A stretch of 64,000 bases of DNA. Source: Methanomassiliicoccaceae archaeon (lineage in GTDB: Archaea; Thermoplasmatota; Thermoplasmata; Methanomassiliicoccales; UBA472). Position numbers and translations under genes: made by a program. The stretch spans positions 12,330 to 76,329 of the forward strand of contig CAVVVD010000007.1 in NCBI GenBank assembly GCA_963751645.1. Reading direction: 5' to 3'. The notes beneath the pieces were generated by a model, which saw only the letters and a list, made by a program, of their open reading frames with translations, was not told the DNA's origin and searched no databases. This document shows positions 29,641 to 40,026 of the stretch, in pieces; position 1 is the first letter of the stretch, and the number at the start of each line of letters is the position of its first letter.

Positions 29641-30411
29641 TCAGGAGATGAGTCCTAGCTCCCTCGCTATCTGGACATACATCTCGCGCGAGTAGGTGTT
29701 GAACCTCTCGCAATATCTGTTGTCACATTTTGTCGAGAGGGCATATCCATCGATGGTCCGGATGTGGTCCTCGTCGTTGATGACCTTCACCTGCCATCGC
29801 CTCTCCTTAACCGCCTCTATCTTCTCCTCTATGGAAGATGTGATATCCACCAGCACATCTGGCCTGCTGACGCCTTCATACGAATAGCCATAGCACCTCA
29901 TATGATAGGGGTAGTTCTCCAGCGCCATGGCGACCATGGTGGCTGTGTGCATGTAGTCGGTGCGGGACTCCACATAGCAGGGAATGAAGATGATGTCCGG
30001 CTCGTAGGAGTGGACTATCTCTTTGACCTTGGAGCATATGACCCGGTCACAGCGCACTTCGGTGCTGTCTATGTCGACAAATTCGCAATCGTAGCACCTA
30101 AGGGCCCTCAAGGCTACCTCTACCTCGCCACGGTCCATCTTGACCACACCGTTGGTGCAGCTCGCGTTGGAACGGTGGGCGGCGCCGCACATGTGTACGA
30201 CCTTGATATGCGCCCCCTTCTTGGCTATCTCGCATATGGTCCCACCGCAGCCCATGATCTCATCGTCCACGTGGGGCACGATGACAAGGACCCTGCTATT
30301 CGATGTTACGTCGATGTTCTCGAATATCGGTCTGGTCGATGGTAGATGATCAGGATGATACCTGCATCCCTCTGGTGCTTTGGTCGCTTGTCTCGCTTGC
30401 ATGTCGTTCAT
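29641..30411 (-). CDS. PIG-L/LmbE family N-acetylglucosaminyl deacetylase
   Basis: 'VLVIVPHVDDEIMGCGGTI' (PH.DDE motif), plus later His/Asp motifs. Confidence 0.7.
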   Translation of the reverse strand: MNDMQARQATKAPEGCRYHPDHLPSTRPIFENIDVTSNSRVLVIVPHVDDEIMGCGGTICEIAKKGAHIKVVHMCGAAHRSNASCTNGVVKMDRGEVEVALRALRCYDCEFVDIDSTEVRCDRVICSKVKEIVHSYEPDIIFIPCYVESRTDYMHTATMVAMALENYPYHMRCYGYSYEGVSRPDVLVDITSSIEEKIEAVKERRWQVKVINDEDHIRTIDGYALSTKCDNRYCERFNTYSREMYVQIARELGLIS

Positions 30412-30605
30412 TCAGATCGCCCCCGGGTTTTTCTTATTTTCATTACCTCGATTTATCATTAACCCCCGTTAATATAATACCTTTGTCAAATGCCGCACAA
30501 ACATCGTCACGAGTGTAAAACGGAGGCCAATTCGAATTGATTAGGAAAACACTATTAAAATTAGATAATATTTATATATAAAACATATTAAATTTAAAGT
30601 ACCAA

Positions 30606-30794
30606 ATGAGCCAGTTTAAAGTGGTTTTCGAGCGCCCGTTCTCCCAGGCCCCTCCCGATGTCTGCCTGCAGTATGAGGCGTTCTTCCGTGGAGTGTGCGA
30701 GGCCGTCGACCCAGACTTCGAGTTCGCCTACGACCGCATGATGAGCGACGGTGACGAAACGTGCCATTGGGTCATACGCAAGAATAGGCGCTGA
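30606..30794 (+). CDS. small Cys-containing hypothetical protein
   Basis: 62-aa ORF preceded by a very AT-rich promoter region. 'DETCHWVIRK' is weakly reminiscent of the C-terminus of ATC-hydrolase-like proteins. Confidence 0.35.
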   Translation: MSQFKVVFERPFSQAPPDVCLQYEAFFRGVCEAVDPDFEFAYDRMMSDGDETCHWVIRKNRR

Positions 30795-30812
30795 AGTATA
30801 TTGGAACTGGAC

Positions 30813-31247
30813 TCACTTTCCGGTTCCCTCAGATCGTACCTTCGCCGCCGAGTTCATCAAGTCCAGGCCCTTCTGCGAGTCCCTTATCGTCCCGCCAGCG
30901 AGGGAGGACATCAGGCCCTTGAAGGTAATGCTCTGGAACAGCCTGGTCTTGTTCTCTCCCAAGGATTCGAGGGTTATCAAATGGTCACTGGTAAGGAGCC
31001 CTTTGATAATGGCGCCTTTGAACAACGCTTCCTTTTTTTCAACCATCTTCACTAACTGAGTTTTAAACTTAGTGTCCTTCCGTCCCGGGATTTTTACGAC
31101 AACGTCCAGAACGCTTCCCTCTTTCAGATCCCCGGAAAGTTGGGTCATGAACGGGTTCCACTGCGGATAGGCCTTTAAGTCTGTCAATACCCCCCACACC
31201 TTCGCGACCGGTGCATCGATGTCGATACTGCCCTTGATCTCCTTCAT
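30813..31247 (-). CDS. SRPBCC (START/polyketide-cyclase-like) ligand-binding protein
   Basis: 'IDIDAPVAKVWGVLTDLKAYPQWNPF' is the typical N-terminal SRPBCC signature. Confidence 0.65.
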   Translation of the reverse strand: MKEIKGSIDIDAPVAKVWGVLTDLKAYPQWNPFMTQLSGDLKEGSVLDVVVKIPGRKDTKFKTQLVKMVEKKEALFKGAIIKGLLTSDHLITLESLGENKTRLFQSITFKGLMSSLAGGTIRDSQKGLDLMNSAAKVRSEGTGK

Positions 31248-31509
31248 GTACGATGATACGAAAATAATGGATATTTATTGGTTAAGGATTGAAAGTTATT
31301 CAAACTATCAAGATTACGTTCGTGATGATCGGGGATGCCTCGACCAACGAAAATATTGACCATAGAACCCGGAATGAATGATCAGATGGTTTTGTGCGGC
31401 CTGATATCGAGGTACGGGATATGTTGGTGGATATCGTCAGAGATGTGTTGAGTGCCGCTCCAAAGGGACGCGCATCTTCTAATAACTAATAACGACCTTT
31501 GAAGTTCTG

Positions 31510-31752
31510 ATGCCTCGAAAGTCCAAGCCCTCCGAACGCTACAACGTGCCAGTAGGCTTCGTCCCCACCGATGAGATGGAGGACATACTCGCCTCCCACC
31601 AAGGGTCCTATCTCGAGGCGAACGCCTACAGTTGCACCGGCGAGGAGGTAGATTCGGTGGAAGAGGCGCACACGGTCGTTGTCAGGATCTACGAAGGGGA
31701 AGAACCTGCTCTTCGAGACCCAGATGGCTGGGTTGCCATGCGATGCAGATAG
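31510..31752 (+). CDS. hypothetical protein
   Basis: 80-aa acidic ORF. No family recognised. Confidence 0.3.
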   Translation: MPRKSKPSERYNVPVGFVPTDEMEDILASHQGSYLEANAYSCTGEEVDSVEEAHTVVVRIYEGEEPALRDPDGWVAMRCR

Positions 31753-31864
31753 GTAATTTTGTTAAGGATCCGTTCGTAATCAGATATGAAATATCCCGTT
31801 CCGCCTCTCGACCGTCGCCCTATCACGAGTGACGGCGGATGGGAACAATTAATATGGCCACACG

Positions 31865-32338
31865 ATGCTAGATGACCTCATGTCAAAGATAAGCATCTCC
31901 TATCTCACCAAGTATGGAAACAATAAGGAAGCGATGGAGCATCTGAACTCCCTCCTGAGGGCCAAGGGCCATGAGGTCCATCTGTTCGATGTGAGCGAGG
32001 CGGAGCCGGAGCAGGTGCCTTTGTCCGATCTGTACGTCTTCTCATCGTCAACGCACATCGGTGGGCTACCTGGCAAGATGAACAAGTTCATGAAGAAGTT
32101 CCCACACAAGAGCGGAAGGTACGCCCTATCCGTGACGCACATGGTGGAGAAGTCTGGACCTGAGAAGAACTCGGGGAAGGTCCTCATCATCATGGCCGAG
32201 GATCTGAAGGAGGTCGGGTTGACCAAGGCGGTGGACCCCCTGAGCCTAACGGTTGATGGTATGAAGGGCCCACTGGAAGAGGGCTGGCAGAAGAAGGTGG
32301 AGACGTTCGCGGTATCTATCCTGAAACTATTGGGATGA
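31865..32338 (+). CDS. flavodoxin-like fold protein
   Basis: 'ISISYLTKYGNNKEAMEHL', 'DLYVFSSSTHIGGLP' pattern. Confidence 0.45.
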   Translation: MLDDLMSKISISYLTKYGNNKEAMEHLNSLLRAKGHEVHLFDVSEAEPEQVPLSDLYVFSSSTHIGGLPGKMNKFMKKFPHKSGRYALSVTHMVEKSGPEKNSGKVLIIMAEDLKEVGLTKAVDPLSLTVDGMKGPLEEGWQKKVETFAVSILKLLG

Positions 32339-32697
32339 GGTCGTGAAACAACCGATCTTCGAACCTTTTTATTATTGGTTTATAGATGCAGAGTGGCTAT
32401 TGTGAATTGGGAACTTACCGATCCAATTGCTTTTGATAGCAACATAAGGTTATGTCGAAATTGACCCGAGCTTCGGGTGACGGCCGTCATTCAATATGGT
32501 CGCAAAGGGCACACGGATTGGTCTCTAGAAGGGAGAATGATGGATGTTCAATGGTCCTCATAATCGAGACGGGAACAATAGTAAAGATGTCCCAGGAATA
32601 TTGCCTTTTTTTGCATCAATTATTTAACTAGAGATGGGCAATGGTGCTCGGAAAAGTCTAATAATAGTGGAAGGGCATTTGAATCAGGGGGAGTCCA

Positions 32698-33225
32698 GTG
32701 ACTGGGCAAATGCAGATAGCAGGATGGTTCGACAAGCATGTTGCCAATGAGGCGTCCAAGGACAACGTCCGTCCATCTGAACGCGTGGGGCAATTGTTTG
32801 GCGTGGTCATCGCTTTCATTTGTGCAGCGTACTTCACCATCCTATTCACGTCGGACTCGGGATTCTTCACCTCGGAGTTCACCACCGCAGACGCTGCCAT
32901 GTTCTTTGGGATCGCCTACCTGGGCATCATCCCCGGACTGGTCAGGGCGATCATCGGCCGCAAGAACGTCTTAAGACCATTGGACATCATCCTATCCATC
33001 TCCATACTCATAGCCGCGGCCTGGTTTTTGTTCAGCTTCCCGTTCGATTTCTCCCATCTGGCCGATGAGCTGCCCTCATCGCTCCAGTTCCTATTGGGCT
33101 GGATCAGCGATGATATTGCCAAAGGGATGATGGTCCTCGCTATCATCGCCAACATTTTCATAATTCCATACACGACGTTCCTTTACCTGGCAGTGCGTAA
33201 GAAGCTAGCTAGTCCTGATGAGTGA
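32698..33225 (+). CDS. membrane protein (4 TM), hypothetical
   Basis: 175-aa ORF (GTG at 32698, ATG at 32710) with four hydrophobic helices. Confidence 0.45.
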   Translation: MTGQMQIAGWFDKHVANEASKDNVRPSERVGQLFGVVIAFICAAYFTILFTSDSGFFTSEFTTADAAMFFGIAYLGIIPGLVRAIIGRKNVLRPLDIILSISILIAAAWFLFSFPFDFSHLADELPSSLQFLLGWISDDIAKGMMVLAIIANIFIIPYTTFLYLAVRKKLASPDE

Positions 33226-33385
33226 GAGGGCGAACAAAGACGGTCTCATATCGATATTGGGATCTGGTCCCATTTACAACTGATGGGACAAGGTCACGGT
33301 TTTTAAACATCTACTTCCCATCCCTATCCGTATTATCATGATCCTCATTACATCCAGAATAATGTAGGAACTAGGAGGGCTTTGA

Positions 33386-34318
33386 ATGTCTAGGACCGGT
33401 GAGATCTCGTGTGAAAAAATAACCAAGGTCTACGAGGGCAGTAAGACGGCCCTATCCTCGGTGGACCTCAACATTCCCACCCATGGCATATTCGCGGTCA
33501 TCGGCCGAAATGGCGCCGGCAAGACCACCCTCGCCCGGATCCTATCCACGCTGCTCGAGCCCAGCTCGGGAAGGGCGACGATCGACGGCCTCGACGTCAT
33601 GACCGATGCTAAAAAACTCCGAGAGAGGATGGCCGTGGTCCCGCAGGAGGGGAGGACGGTAGCTTGGATGACCCCTGTCCAGACCGTCTCGGCGTACTTA
33701 ATGTGGCGGGGCATCGGCTACAAGGAGTCCCTGAAGAAGGCCGAGGAGGCTGTGGCAAGCGTTGGCATGGAGGGCCAGCGGGACCGCCTCAATCGCACTC
33801 TCTCGGGCGGCATGAAGCGCAAGGTCCTGGTGGCGATGGTCCTGGCCTCTGATGCGGAGTTCGTGTTCCTGGACGAGCCGAGCACCGGCCTCGACCCGAT
33901 ATCCAGACAGGACCTTTGGAAGCTACTCATCGAATTGGGAAAGGAACGGTTCGTATTCCTCACCACCCATTACCTCGAGGAGGCGGAGAGCGTGGCTGAC
34001 CGCATCGGCATCCTCGACGACGGGAAGTTGCTGACACTGGGCAATATGGACGAGCTCAGGGGGCGGGTCAAGCACCGATACAGCCTGAAGGTCCCGAAGG
34101 GTGTCGAACTCCCGTCAGTGCAGGGAGAGGTGTTGAACCTGAGTAATGGCCTGGTGCAGATCCTCACAACGAAGGACGAGGCCTTGGCGATATCCCATGT
34201 ACTGATAGAGCGCAAGGCTCAGTTCTCGGTCAACCCCGTCACGTTGGATGACATCTTCACCTACATGGTCGGAGCCATAGATCCGGAGGTAAGGGAGGGA
34301 TTGGAGGTCGACGGTTAA
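33386..34318 (+). CDS. ABC transporter ATP-binding protein
   Basis: Walker A 'GRNGAGKTT', signature 'LSGGMKRKV', Walker B 'FVFLDEPSTGLD'. Confidence 0.9.
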   Translation: MSRTGEISCEKITKVYEGSKTALSSVDLNIPTHGIFAVIGRNGAGKTTLARILSTLLEPSSGRATIDGLDVMTDAKKLRERMAVVPQEGRTVAWMTPVQTVSAYLMWRGIGYKESLKKAEEAVASVGMEGQRDRLNRTLSGGMKRKVLVAMVLASDAEFVFLDEPSTGLDPISRQDLWKLLIELGKERFVFLTTHYLEEAESVADRIGILDDGKLLTLGNMDELRGRVKHRYSLKVPKGVELPSVQGEVLNLSNGLVQILTTKDEALAISHVLIERKAQFSVNPVTLDDIFTYMVGAIDPEVREGLEVDG

Positions 34319-35058
34319 TGGGGCGATTGGGCAGTCAACTGCTGGCGTCCATCCTGGTGAACGCCATCTATGAGATGAAGAACTACCCGGCGGTCCTGGT
34401 GATCACAGTCCTGTCCCCGCTCTCATTCCTGACCTTGATATTCTTCATCAGTGGGGGGGCGCTGCTGGCCGTCGGTATCGTGGGCGGTCTCATCATGACC
34501 ATGTTCACCGCCGGGACCAGCCTGCAGGCGGACCTCTCCCACCTCAAGAACGACTTCAAGCTCCAGGACATGGTGGTGAGTTCCCCCACCAGCGCCCCGG
34601 TGTACGTCGCAGGCATGGCCATCTCCGAGCTGGTCTACGCCTCGCCGGCCTTGATCATCCTGGGCATCCTCTTCGCCGTGCACATACCGATCGGGGCGGT
34701 ACAAGTTCTGGGCATCATCATCGTCATGCTGCTGATGTTCCTCATGTCGATATCGTTGGGGTTCGCTTTCGCCACGCTCTCGACCGACATAGTGCAGAGC
34801 TTTGCCTTCACCCGACTGCTCTCGCTGCTGTTCACGACCTTGGCCCCGGTGTACTACCCCATAACCTACATACCACTGCCCTGGCGCTACCTGGCCTATC
34901 TTTCACCGACCACTTACGCCGCCCAGATAGGGCAGGACCTCATCGGGTTCCGAAACGTCTCGCCCACTCTCCTTGTGATCGATTGGGTGGTGCTGATAAG
35001 CGTCACCTCTTTCTTCCTGTGGATCGGAATGAAGAAGGCCAGATGGAGGGAGATATAG
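34318..35058 (+). CDS. ABC-2-type permease
   Basis: 246 aa, 6 TM segments. Its start overlaps the ATPase stop (TAATG). Confidence 0.75.
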   Translation: MGRLGSQLLASILVNAIYEMKNYPAVLVITVLSPLSFLTLIFFISGGALLAVGIVGGLIMTMFTAGTSLQADLSHLKNDFKLQDMVVSSPTSAPVYVAGMAISELVYASPALIILGILFAVHIPIGAVQVLGIIIVMLLMFLMSISLGFAFATLSTDIVQSFAFTRLLSLLFTTLAPVYYPITYIPLPWRYLAYLSPTTYAAQIGQDLIGFRNVSPTLLVIDWVVLISVTSFFLWIGMKKARWREI

Positions 35059-35085
35059 GCAATCGCGGGATCGGTCGATCCCTCC

Positions 35086-35826
35086 CTAACATATGGCCAG
35101 GCTGCTTACGTGAGAGAACCCCTTCGGGACCTTCATGTCAACTCTCTTTCCGGAAATGAATTCTACCTTCTTGCCTTCATGCTGTGCGGCCAACCAGATG
35201 TGGCACAGAGCGATGCCCAGGCTGATATGGTTCATCTTGTCCAGTAAGAAAGACTTGGAGCTGAAGGCTTCGATGGTTCCGTCATTTCTCAAGAAGAACC
35301 AGGGTTGGTTGTTCATCCCCGAGGGTGCCAGTCGCGCTGCCTCCAAATACGCGTCCGTCCTTTGCATGGAAGTTATCTTGGCCATCGGCTCCCGTTTGAA
35401 CTCTGAGGCACTGCTACGATGAAGACCCTCGGCCGGTCTACCGAACGCCATCGCGATGATGAACTCGAGACCGGATGGGCCAACGACGCCTTTGACGGGC
35501 TTGGGGCCTCCCTGCCAACAGCTGCCGACGCCGGTGGAGGAAAGGAATAGGTCGACCTGTTGGAGCATGAACCCGGCATTGGTCAGATGGCCTTCCTTCA
35601 CCTCTGAGAAGAAAGCCAGGAAGTGGGGGGCGTCGACCTTGAACAAGCCTCTGACCTTGGAATTTTCGATGATCCTGATCTCGGTCCTGATGTCGGGGTC
35701 CATCGACTTGAGTGTCTTCAGGAACGCCTCTATCCCGGACATTGTCCCTGCGTCCAGTGGACCGTTCTCGTACTTCCTTACCGACTTCCTCTTGAAAATT
35801 GCCTGATAGAGCTCTGCCTCACCCAT
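35086..35826 (-). CDS. nitroreductase-family protein
   Basis: ATG at 35826. 'LYQAIFKRKSVRKY', 'APSGMNNQPWFF'. Confidence 0.65.
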   Translation of the reverse strand: MGEAELYQAIFKRKSVRKYENGPLDAGTMSGIEAFLKTLKSMDPDIRTEIRIIENSKVRGLFKVDAPHFLAFFSEVKEGHLTNAGFMLQQVDLFLSSTGVGSCWQGGPKPVKGVVGPSGLEFIIAMAFGRPAEGLHRSSASEFKREPMAKITSMQRTDAYLEAARLAPSGMNNQPWFFLRNDGTIEAFSSKSFLLDKMNHISLGIALCHIWLAAQHEGKKVEFISGKRVDMKVPKGFSHVSSLAIC

Positions 35827-35945
35827 GGTTCGATCGGCGATGGATGATAGCCTTTGATATAAAAACCCTACCAGGTTAGAAACGGCCAAGCTGAAGCGAC
35901 TGGCCAATACGATTGAGATGTTCAAACTTCATTATGAGTAACTAT

Positions 35946-36362
35946 CTAGATCCCCAGATATCCGGCGAAGACTGCATGTTGGCACTCTGGCAGCTCATCC
36001 CTCAGGCACTTCTTCATGGCCTCCCCCACCGTCTCGGTGCATCCGCCATGGACCCTGATCCCCGCTTCCTTCAATGTATAAAGGCTCATCTTGCCGATGC
36101 TCCCGGTGATCACCACGTCCACGCCGCTGTTTATCATCGCCTCGGCGGTCATCATCCCGCCTCGGCTCCCGTGCCCCATTCCCGGGTTAATTAGAATCGT
36201 GATGTCGTCGCTCGAGCCCTCGAAGACCATGATGTAGGGGCTGCTGCCCATCGGACCGACCGGTCCATTCATCGCCTTGTCCCGAGCGGTGACGCCCAAT
36301 CGACAGCCATGCCCTACCTTGATGGCCTTCTTACCTTTACTAACCTCAGGCAATATCAGCAC
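35946..36362 (-). CDS. NifB/NifX-type (dinitrogenase FeMo-cofactor-binding fold) domain protein
   Basis: 'SSPYIMVFE', 'GHGSRGG', 'SGVDVVITGSIGKMSLYTLKEAGIRV'. Confidence 0.55.
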   Translation of the reverse strand: MLILPEVSKGKKAIKVGHGCRLGVTARDKAMNGPVGPMGSSPYIMVFEGSSDDITILINPGMGHGSRGGMMTAEAMINSGVDVVITGSIGKMSLYTLKEAGIRVHGGCTETVGEAMKKCLRDELPECQHAVFAGYLGI

Positions 36363-36518
36363 CTCCGTTGATTTCTATTTCTTAAGGGGCGTTTAATCTT
36401 TTCGCTATTCATTCGGTCAGGCACGATTGACCTTTAGACCAAGCACACGACATGTGCCGTCCACTCGGGGGGAAACCTCAATAACCTCTGTCGCACCTAG
36501 TTCATTATAGGTGGTGAT

Positions 36519-37064
36519 ATGGAAGGAAGCAACATCCTTGTGACTTTCCACGTAAATGAGAAAGAAAGAGCGAAACATGAGGCCATCAATCTCTTGGAGA
36601 GCGTAGGAAAGATAGTGCAGCGCATCGAACCGACCATAGTGGAGGGTGTCTATGCCATCCGCATAGGGGAGCAACCCAGAAGGGCGATCGCCGCGCTAAG
36701 ATCGTTGTGCAAGAACGAGCCGGGAGCGTTCGTCTTCACCTACCACTGGGTCCCTATAGAGTGTTGGGTATCGTCGGACGAGGCATGCATGGCGGATAAG
36801 GTCAGGGAGCTGGCGGAGGGCATCAAGCCGCACGACCGGTGGAAGATGCACCTGCACAAGCGGCATTGCGACATCAACTACGAGTCGCTGATCATCAGGT
36901 TGACCGACCCGGTCAACAAGGGCACGGTGGACCTGAAACATCCCAACAAGATCCTGGTGGTGGAGATCCTCGGAGACAGGGCCGGCATGGCGCTTGTCGA
37001 TCGCGAGGAGATCCTGGACGTCAACGAGATCCGCAAGGAATTGGACACGGACCGGTGGGGCTGA
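36519..37064 (+). CDS. THUMP domain protein
   Basis: 181 aa. 'ILVTFHVNEKERAKHEAINLL' ferredoxin-like N-terminus and 'VDLKHPNKILVVEILGDRAGMAL' THUMP C-terminus. Confidence 0.6.
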   Translation: MEGSNILVTFHVNEKERAKHEAINLLESVGKIVQRIEPTIVEGVYAIRIGEQPRRAIAALRSLCKNEPGAFVFTYHWVPIECWVSSDEACMADKVRELAEGIKPHDRWKMHLHKRHCDINYESLIIRLTDPVNKGTVDLKHPNKILVVEILGDRAGMALVDREEILDVNEIRKELDTDRWG

Positions 37065-37211
37065 ACCAAGCCGACCATCGGGTCCGACCTCTCTTTTTAT
37101 TACGTTATAGGGCGCCAATTCCGTAAATTTTATCACTATCGATTCTGACCAACCATCTCCAAATATATATTACGCACCTTAGATATTTTTTAAGGCCAGC
37201 TAGGACCTACC

Positions 37212-38687
37212 ATGGGCAACGGCAAGAACGGCAATGGCAACGGTAAGAACAGGAAGGAGGCGTTGGAGCAGCTCCACTACCAGGTGGGCGGTCTGCAGCG
37301 CCAGGCTCGGGCGTCCAACATCCCGGTGGTCATCGTATTCGAGGGCTGGGACATATGGGGACGAGCGGAGCACATCAACAACCTGATCCACTCCCTCGAC
37401 CCGCGGGGCTTCGACCTGCATTATATGGCCGAACCGAACAAGGACGACAAGGCCAGGCCGTTCCTGTGGCGCTACTACTGCCGCATGCCCCCTGCCGGGC
37501 GTGTTAGCATCTTCGATCGCTCCTGGTACTTCTGGACCGTCTACGAGAACTTCAAGCACCCTGACAAGGACCTCCTGGACCGGAGGCTGTGGGCCATCCG
37601 CACCATGGAGGAGCAGCATGCCCAGGACGGTACGGTCTTCCTCAAGTTCTTCCTCAACCTGGAGAAGAAGGACCTGCGCAAGGTCATCGAGAAGGAAGCG
37701 CAGGACTTCTGCAAGAAGCGCGTCGAGAATGTGAACGGAGACGAGCTGCTGGAGCACTTCGACCAGGCCCAGAACATCTGGCAGAAAGTGACCCAAGGAT
37801 CGGACTTCGGCTTCGCCCCCTGGAACGTTATACGAGCCGAGGATGAGGTGGACGTGAACCTCATGATATTGGAGACCATAAGCTCCAGCCTACAGCCCGT
37901 GGTCGAGAACCCCACCATCCGAACGACTGGTGGAGCGAGCCTGTTGTCCGATACTATGACTAACGGGACTGTCAAGCTGGAGCATTGCGATCTTGGTCGG
38001 ACCTGTCCCGTGGACGTGTACAAGGAGCAGCTGGACAGGCTGCAGGAGAGGATCCATAGGCTCCAATGTCGGTTATACAACTCCGACCGCACCCTGGTGC
38101 TGGTGATGGAGGGCTGGGACGCTTCAGGGAAGGGAGGCATCATACTCCGCCTGACCAATCCACTGAACCCTCGGGCGTATCAGGTGGCGCCAGTGGGACC
38201 ACCGAACGAGGTGGAGCGCAAGCATCATTGGCTTTGGCGCTTCTACCGGGACCTCCCGAAGAAGGGAAGGACCATTTTGTTCGACCGTTCCTGGTACGGG
38301 AGGGTGTTGGTCGAACGCGTGGAGGGCTTCGCCTCGGAACCGGAATGGAAGAGGGCCTATCATGAGATCAATGATATGGAGAAGCACCTCGCCGACGAGG
38401 GCTCCATCATCATGAAGTTCTGGTTGCACATCGACAAGGACACGCAGATGAAACGCTTCCAGGAGCGCCAGCAGAACCCTCGGAAGCAACATAAGATCAC
38501 AGAGGAGGACTGGCGCAACCGGGAGAAGTGGGAACAGTACGTGCAGGCCGTGAACGATATGCTGGTCCGTACCGACACCAAGCCCGCACCATGGTACGTA
38601 ATCCCGTCCAACGACAAGTGCTACGCCCGGGTAAAGGTCCTGGGCAGCATCGCCGACCGTTTGGAAAAGGAATTGGGCAAGACGTAA
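37212..38687 (+). CDS. ppk2: two-domain polyphosphate kinase 2 (PAP-like)
   Basis: Two PPK2 modules. The N-terminal module has a degenerate P-loop 'FEGWDIWGRAE', and the C-terminal module has the canonical 'MEGWDASGKGG'. Both carry 'FDRSWY' motifs. Confidence 0.85.
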   Translation: MGNGKNGNGNGKNRKEALEQLHYQVGGLQRQARASNIPVVIVFEGWDIWGRAEHINNLIHSLDPRGFDLHYMAEPNKDDKARPFLWRYYCRMPPAGRVSIFDRSWYFWTVYENFKHPDKDLLDRRLWAIRTMEEQHAQDGTVFLKFFLNLEKKDLRKVIEKEAQDFCKKRVENVNGDELLEHFDQAQNIWQKVTQGSDFGFAPWNVIRAEDEVDVNLMILETISSSLQPVVENPTIRTTGGASLLSDTMTNGTVKLEHCDLGRTCPVDVYKEQLDRLQERIHRLQCRLYNSDRTLVLVMEGWDASGKGGIILRLTNPLNPRAYQVAPVGPPNEVERKHHWLWRFYRDLPKKGRTILFDRSWYGRVLVERVEGFASEPEWKRAYHEINDMEKHLADEGSIIMKFWLHIDKDTQMKRFQERQQNPRKQHKITEEDWRNREKWEQYVQAVNDMLVRTDTKPAPWYVIPSNDKCYARVKVLGSIADRLEKELGKT

Positions 38688-38704
38688 TGGTATTTTCGCA
38701 CCGC

Positions 38705-39484
38705 TCAGGAGTGGGGCCTCTCCTCCCGTTCCTCCCTCTCATTGGCCTCATCAAGATGGCTTCCGTCGCAGAATGGCATCGACATCGACCGACCGCAGCG
38801 ACACAGCGTCATCCGGTTGCGGACCTCGTACTGGTACCCATCCGAGGATATGACCGGGATCCCTCCTCTGACCCACACAGGACCGGTGGTCCCGGCCAGC
38901 TCATCGTCTGTGATGGCGATGGAGGGCTCGAACTTGGGCTCGATCTGCTTGACCAGCTTGGTATCCCAGACCACCAAGCGTCCAGAGGGGCAATTGCCAG
39001 CGATCTCGATGGCCATCCTGCGCTTCTCCTTGTCGTCTGACTCTTCCGTCAGGTCCCATATGCCCTCGCCACGATGGCAGAATCTTGCATAGGAACATAG
39101 GTCCTCCGCATCGCTCAGGGCCAGGTCCGGGCCCTCCGTGGCCTCGGCCCGCTCGATGAACGGCTCCCGGCTGGCCTTCTCCTCGGAGCTCCATTCGATC
39201 GATGTGTGGGACCCATCGCAGGCAGGCTTGTTCCGGGAGGCGCCACAGCGGCAGAGCGTGTAGCTCTCCGGGGTGTCGAACAGCAGGTCCTCCTCCCAAG
39301 CATACGGCTCGCCGTCCTTGAGGATTATCCTCTGGACGGTCAACGGCACATTGCCAGATACCAGAAAAGGTCCGTCCTTGCTGACCACGATCTTGCCCTT
39401 GCTCTTTCTCGGCTTCTCCTTGACGGGTTTCTTGTCGGTCATGGTACCCTTGTCCCTGTCCATCATATGAATTGTGTCCTTCAC
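38705..39484 (-). CDS. CDGSH-type iron-sulfur protein (two CDGSH motifs flanking a Cys-rich central domain)
   Basis: 'CRCGASRNKPACDGSH' and 'CRCGRSMSMPFCDGSH'. The central 'CSYARFCHRGEG...GNCPSG' resembles a divergent 4Fe-4S mono-cluster domain. Confidence 0.7.
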   Translation of the reverse strand: MKDTIHMMDRDKGTMTDKKPVKEKPRKSKGKIVVSKDGPFLVSGNVPLTVQRIILKDGEPYAWEEDLLFDTPESYTLCRCGASRNKPACDGSHTSIEWSSEEKASREPFIERAEATEGPDLALSDAEDLCSYARFCHRGEGIWDLTEESDDKEKRRMAIEIAGNCPSGRLVVWDTKLVKQIEPKFEPSIAITDDELAGTTGPVWVRGGIPVISSDGYQYEVRNRMTLCRCGRSMSMPFCDGSHLDEANEREEREERPHS

Positions 39485-39639
39485 CTTAGAACAAGATTCG
39501 ACCTGGAATGACTCCAGGAGCCTTCGAAGCCCTTGTCAAAGGTGTTATTGGTTTACACGGACCCGACACTATATAACCACTACTGCCAGTCGTTGATCCG
39601 ATGATTATGATCGACCTTCACTTCGACCATTCCCTAAAA

Positions 39640-39651
39640 AACATTTATATC
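39640..39651 (+). promoter_or_regulatory. TATA-box-like element upstream of tRNA(CAU)
   Basis: 'AACATTTATATC', about 30 nt upstream of the tRNA 5' end. Confidence 0.4.
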
Positions 39652-39678
39652 AGGCTTAGGGATAAGGAGGCCCAACCT

Positions 39679-39752
39679 GGGTCCGTAGCTTAGTCCGGTG
39701 GAGCGTCAGGCTCATAACCCGATGGTCGTCGGTTCGAATCCGACCGGGCCCA
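39679..39752 (+). tRNA. tRNA with anticodon CAT (elongator Met or Ile2)
   Basis: Acceptor GGGTCCG/CGGGCCC (one G-U pair), D-arm 'GCTTAGTCCGGTGGAGC', anticodon loop 'CTCATAA', T-arm 'GTCGGTTCGAATCCGAC'. G1-C72 and a weak anticodon stem argue against the initiator. No encoded CCA. A T5 tract at 39755-39759 follows. Confidence 0.85.
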
Positions 39753-40026
39753 CATTTTTCAACCCATTCGAGATGCTGGAACCTCGAGGTCGATGAGGCT
39801 CTAGATATGAGCACAACCTCAGCGATTGACTGTGGAATTTCATAGTCTTTATTAGAAAGAAGCACTTGTGGTGAAAATTGATATTGAGCAAATGCTCGTA
39901 GGAAGAAAGGTAGGATTTATATGGGAGACGAAAGATGGAATTCACCATAACACGGTCCAGCTTGGGTCGTGTCGGTTCCCCCCTTGAATGCTGACCTTTA
40001 TCGAAACGTGATCGGTGACGCCCAGC

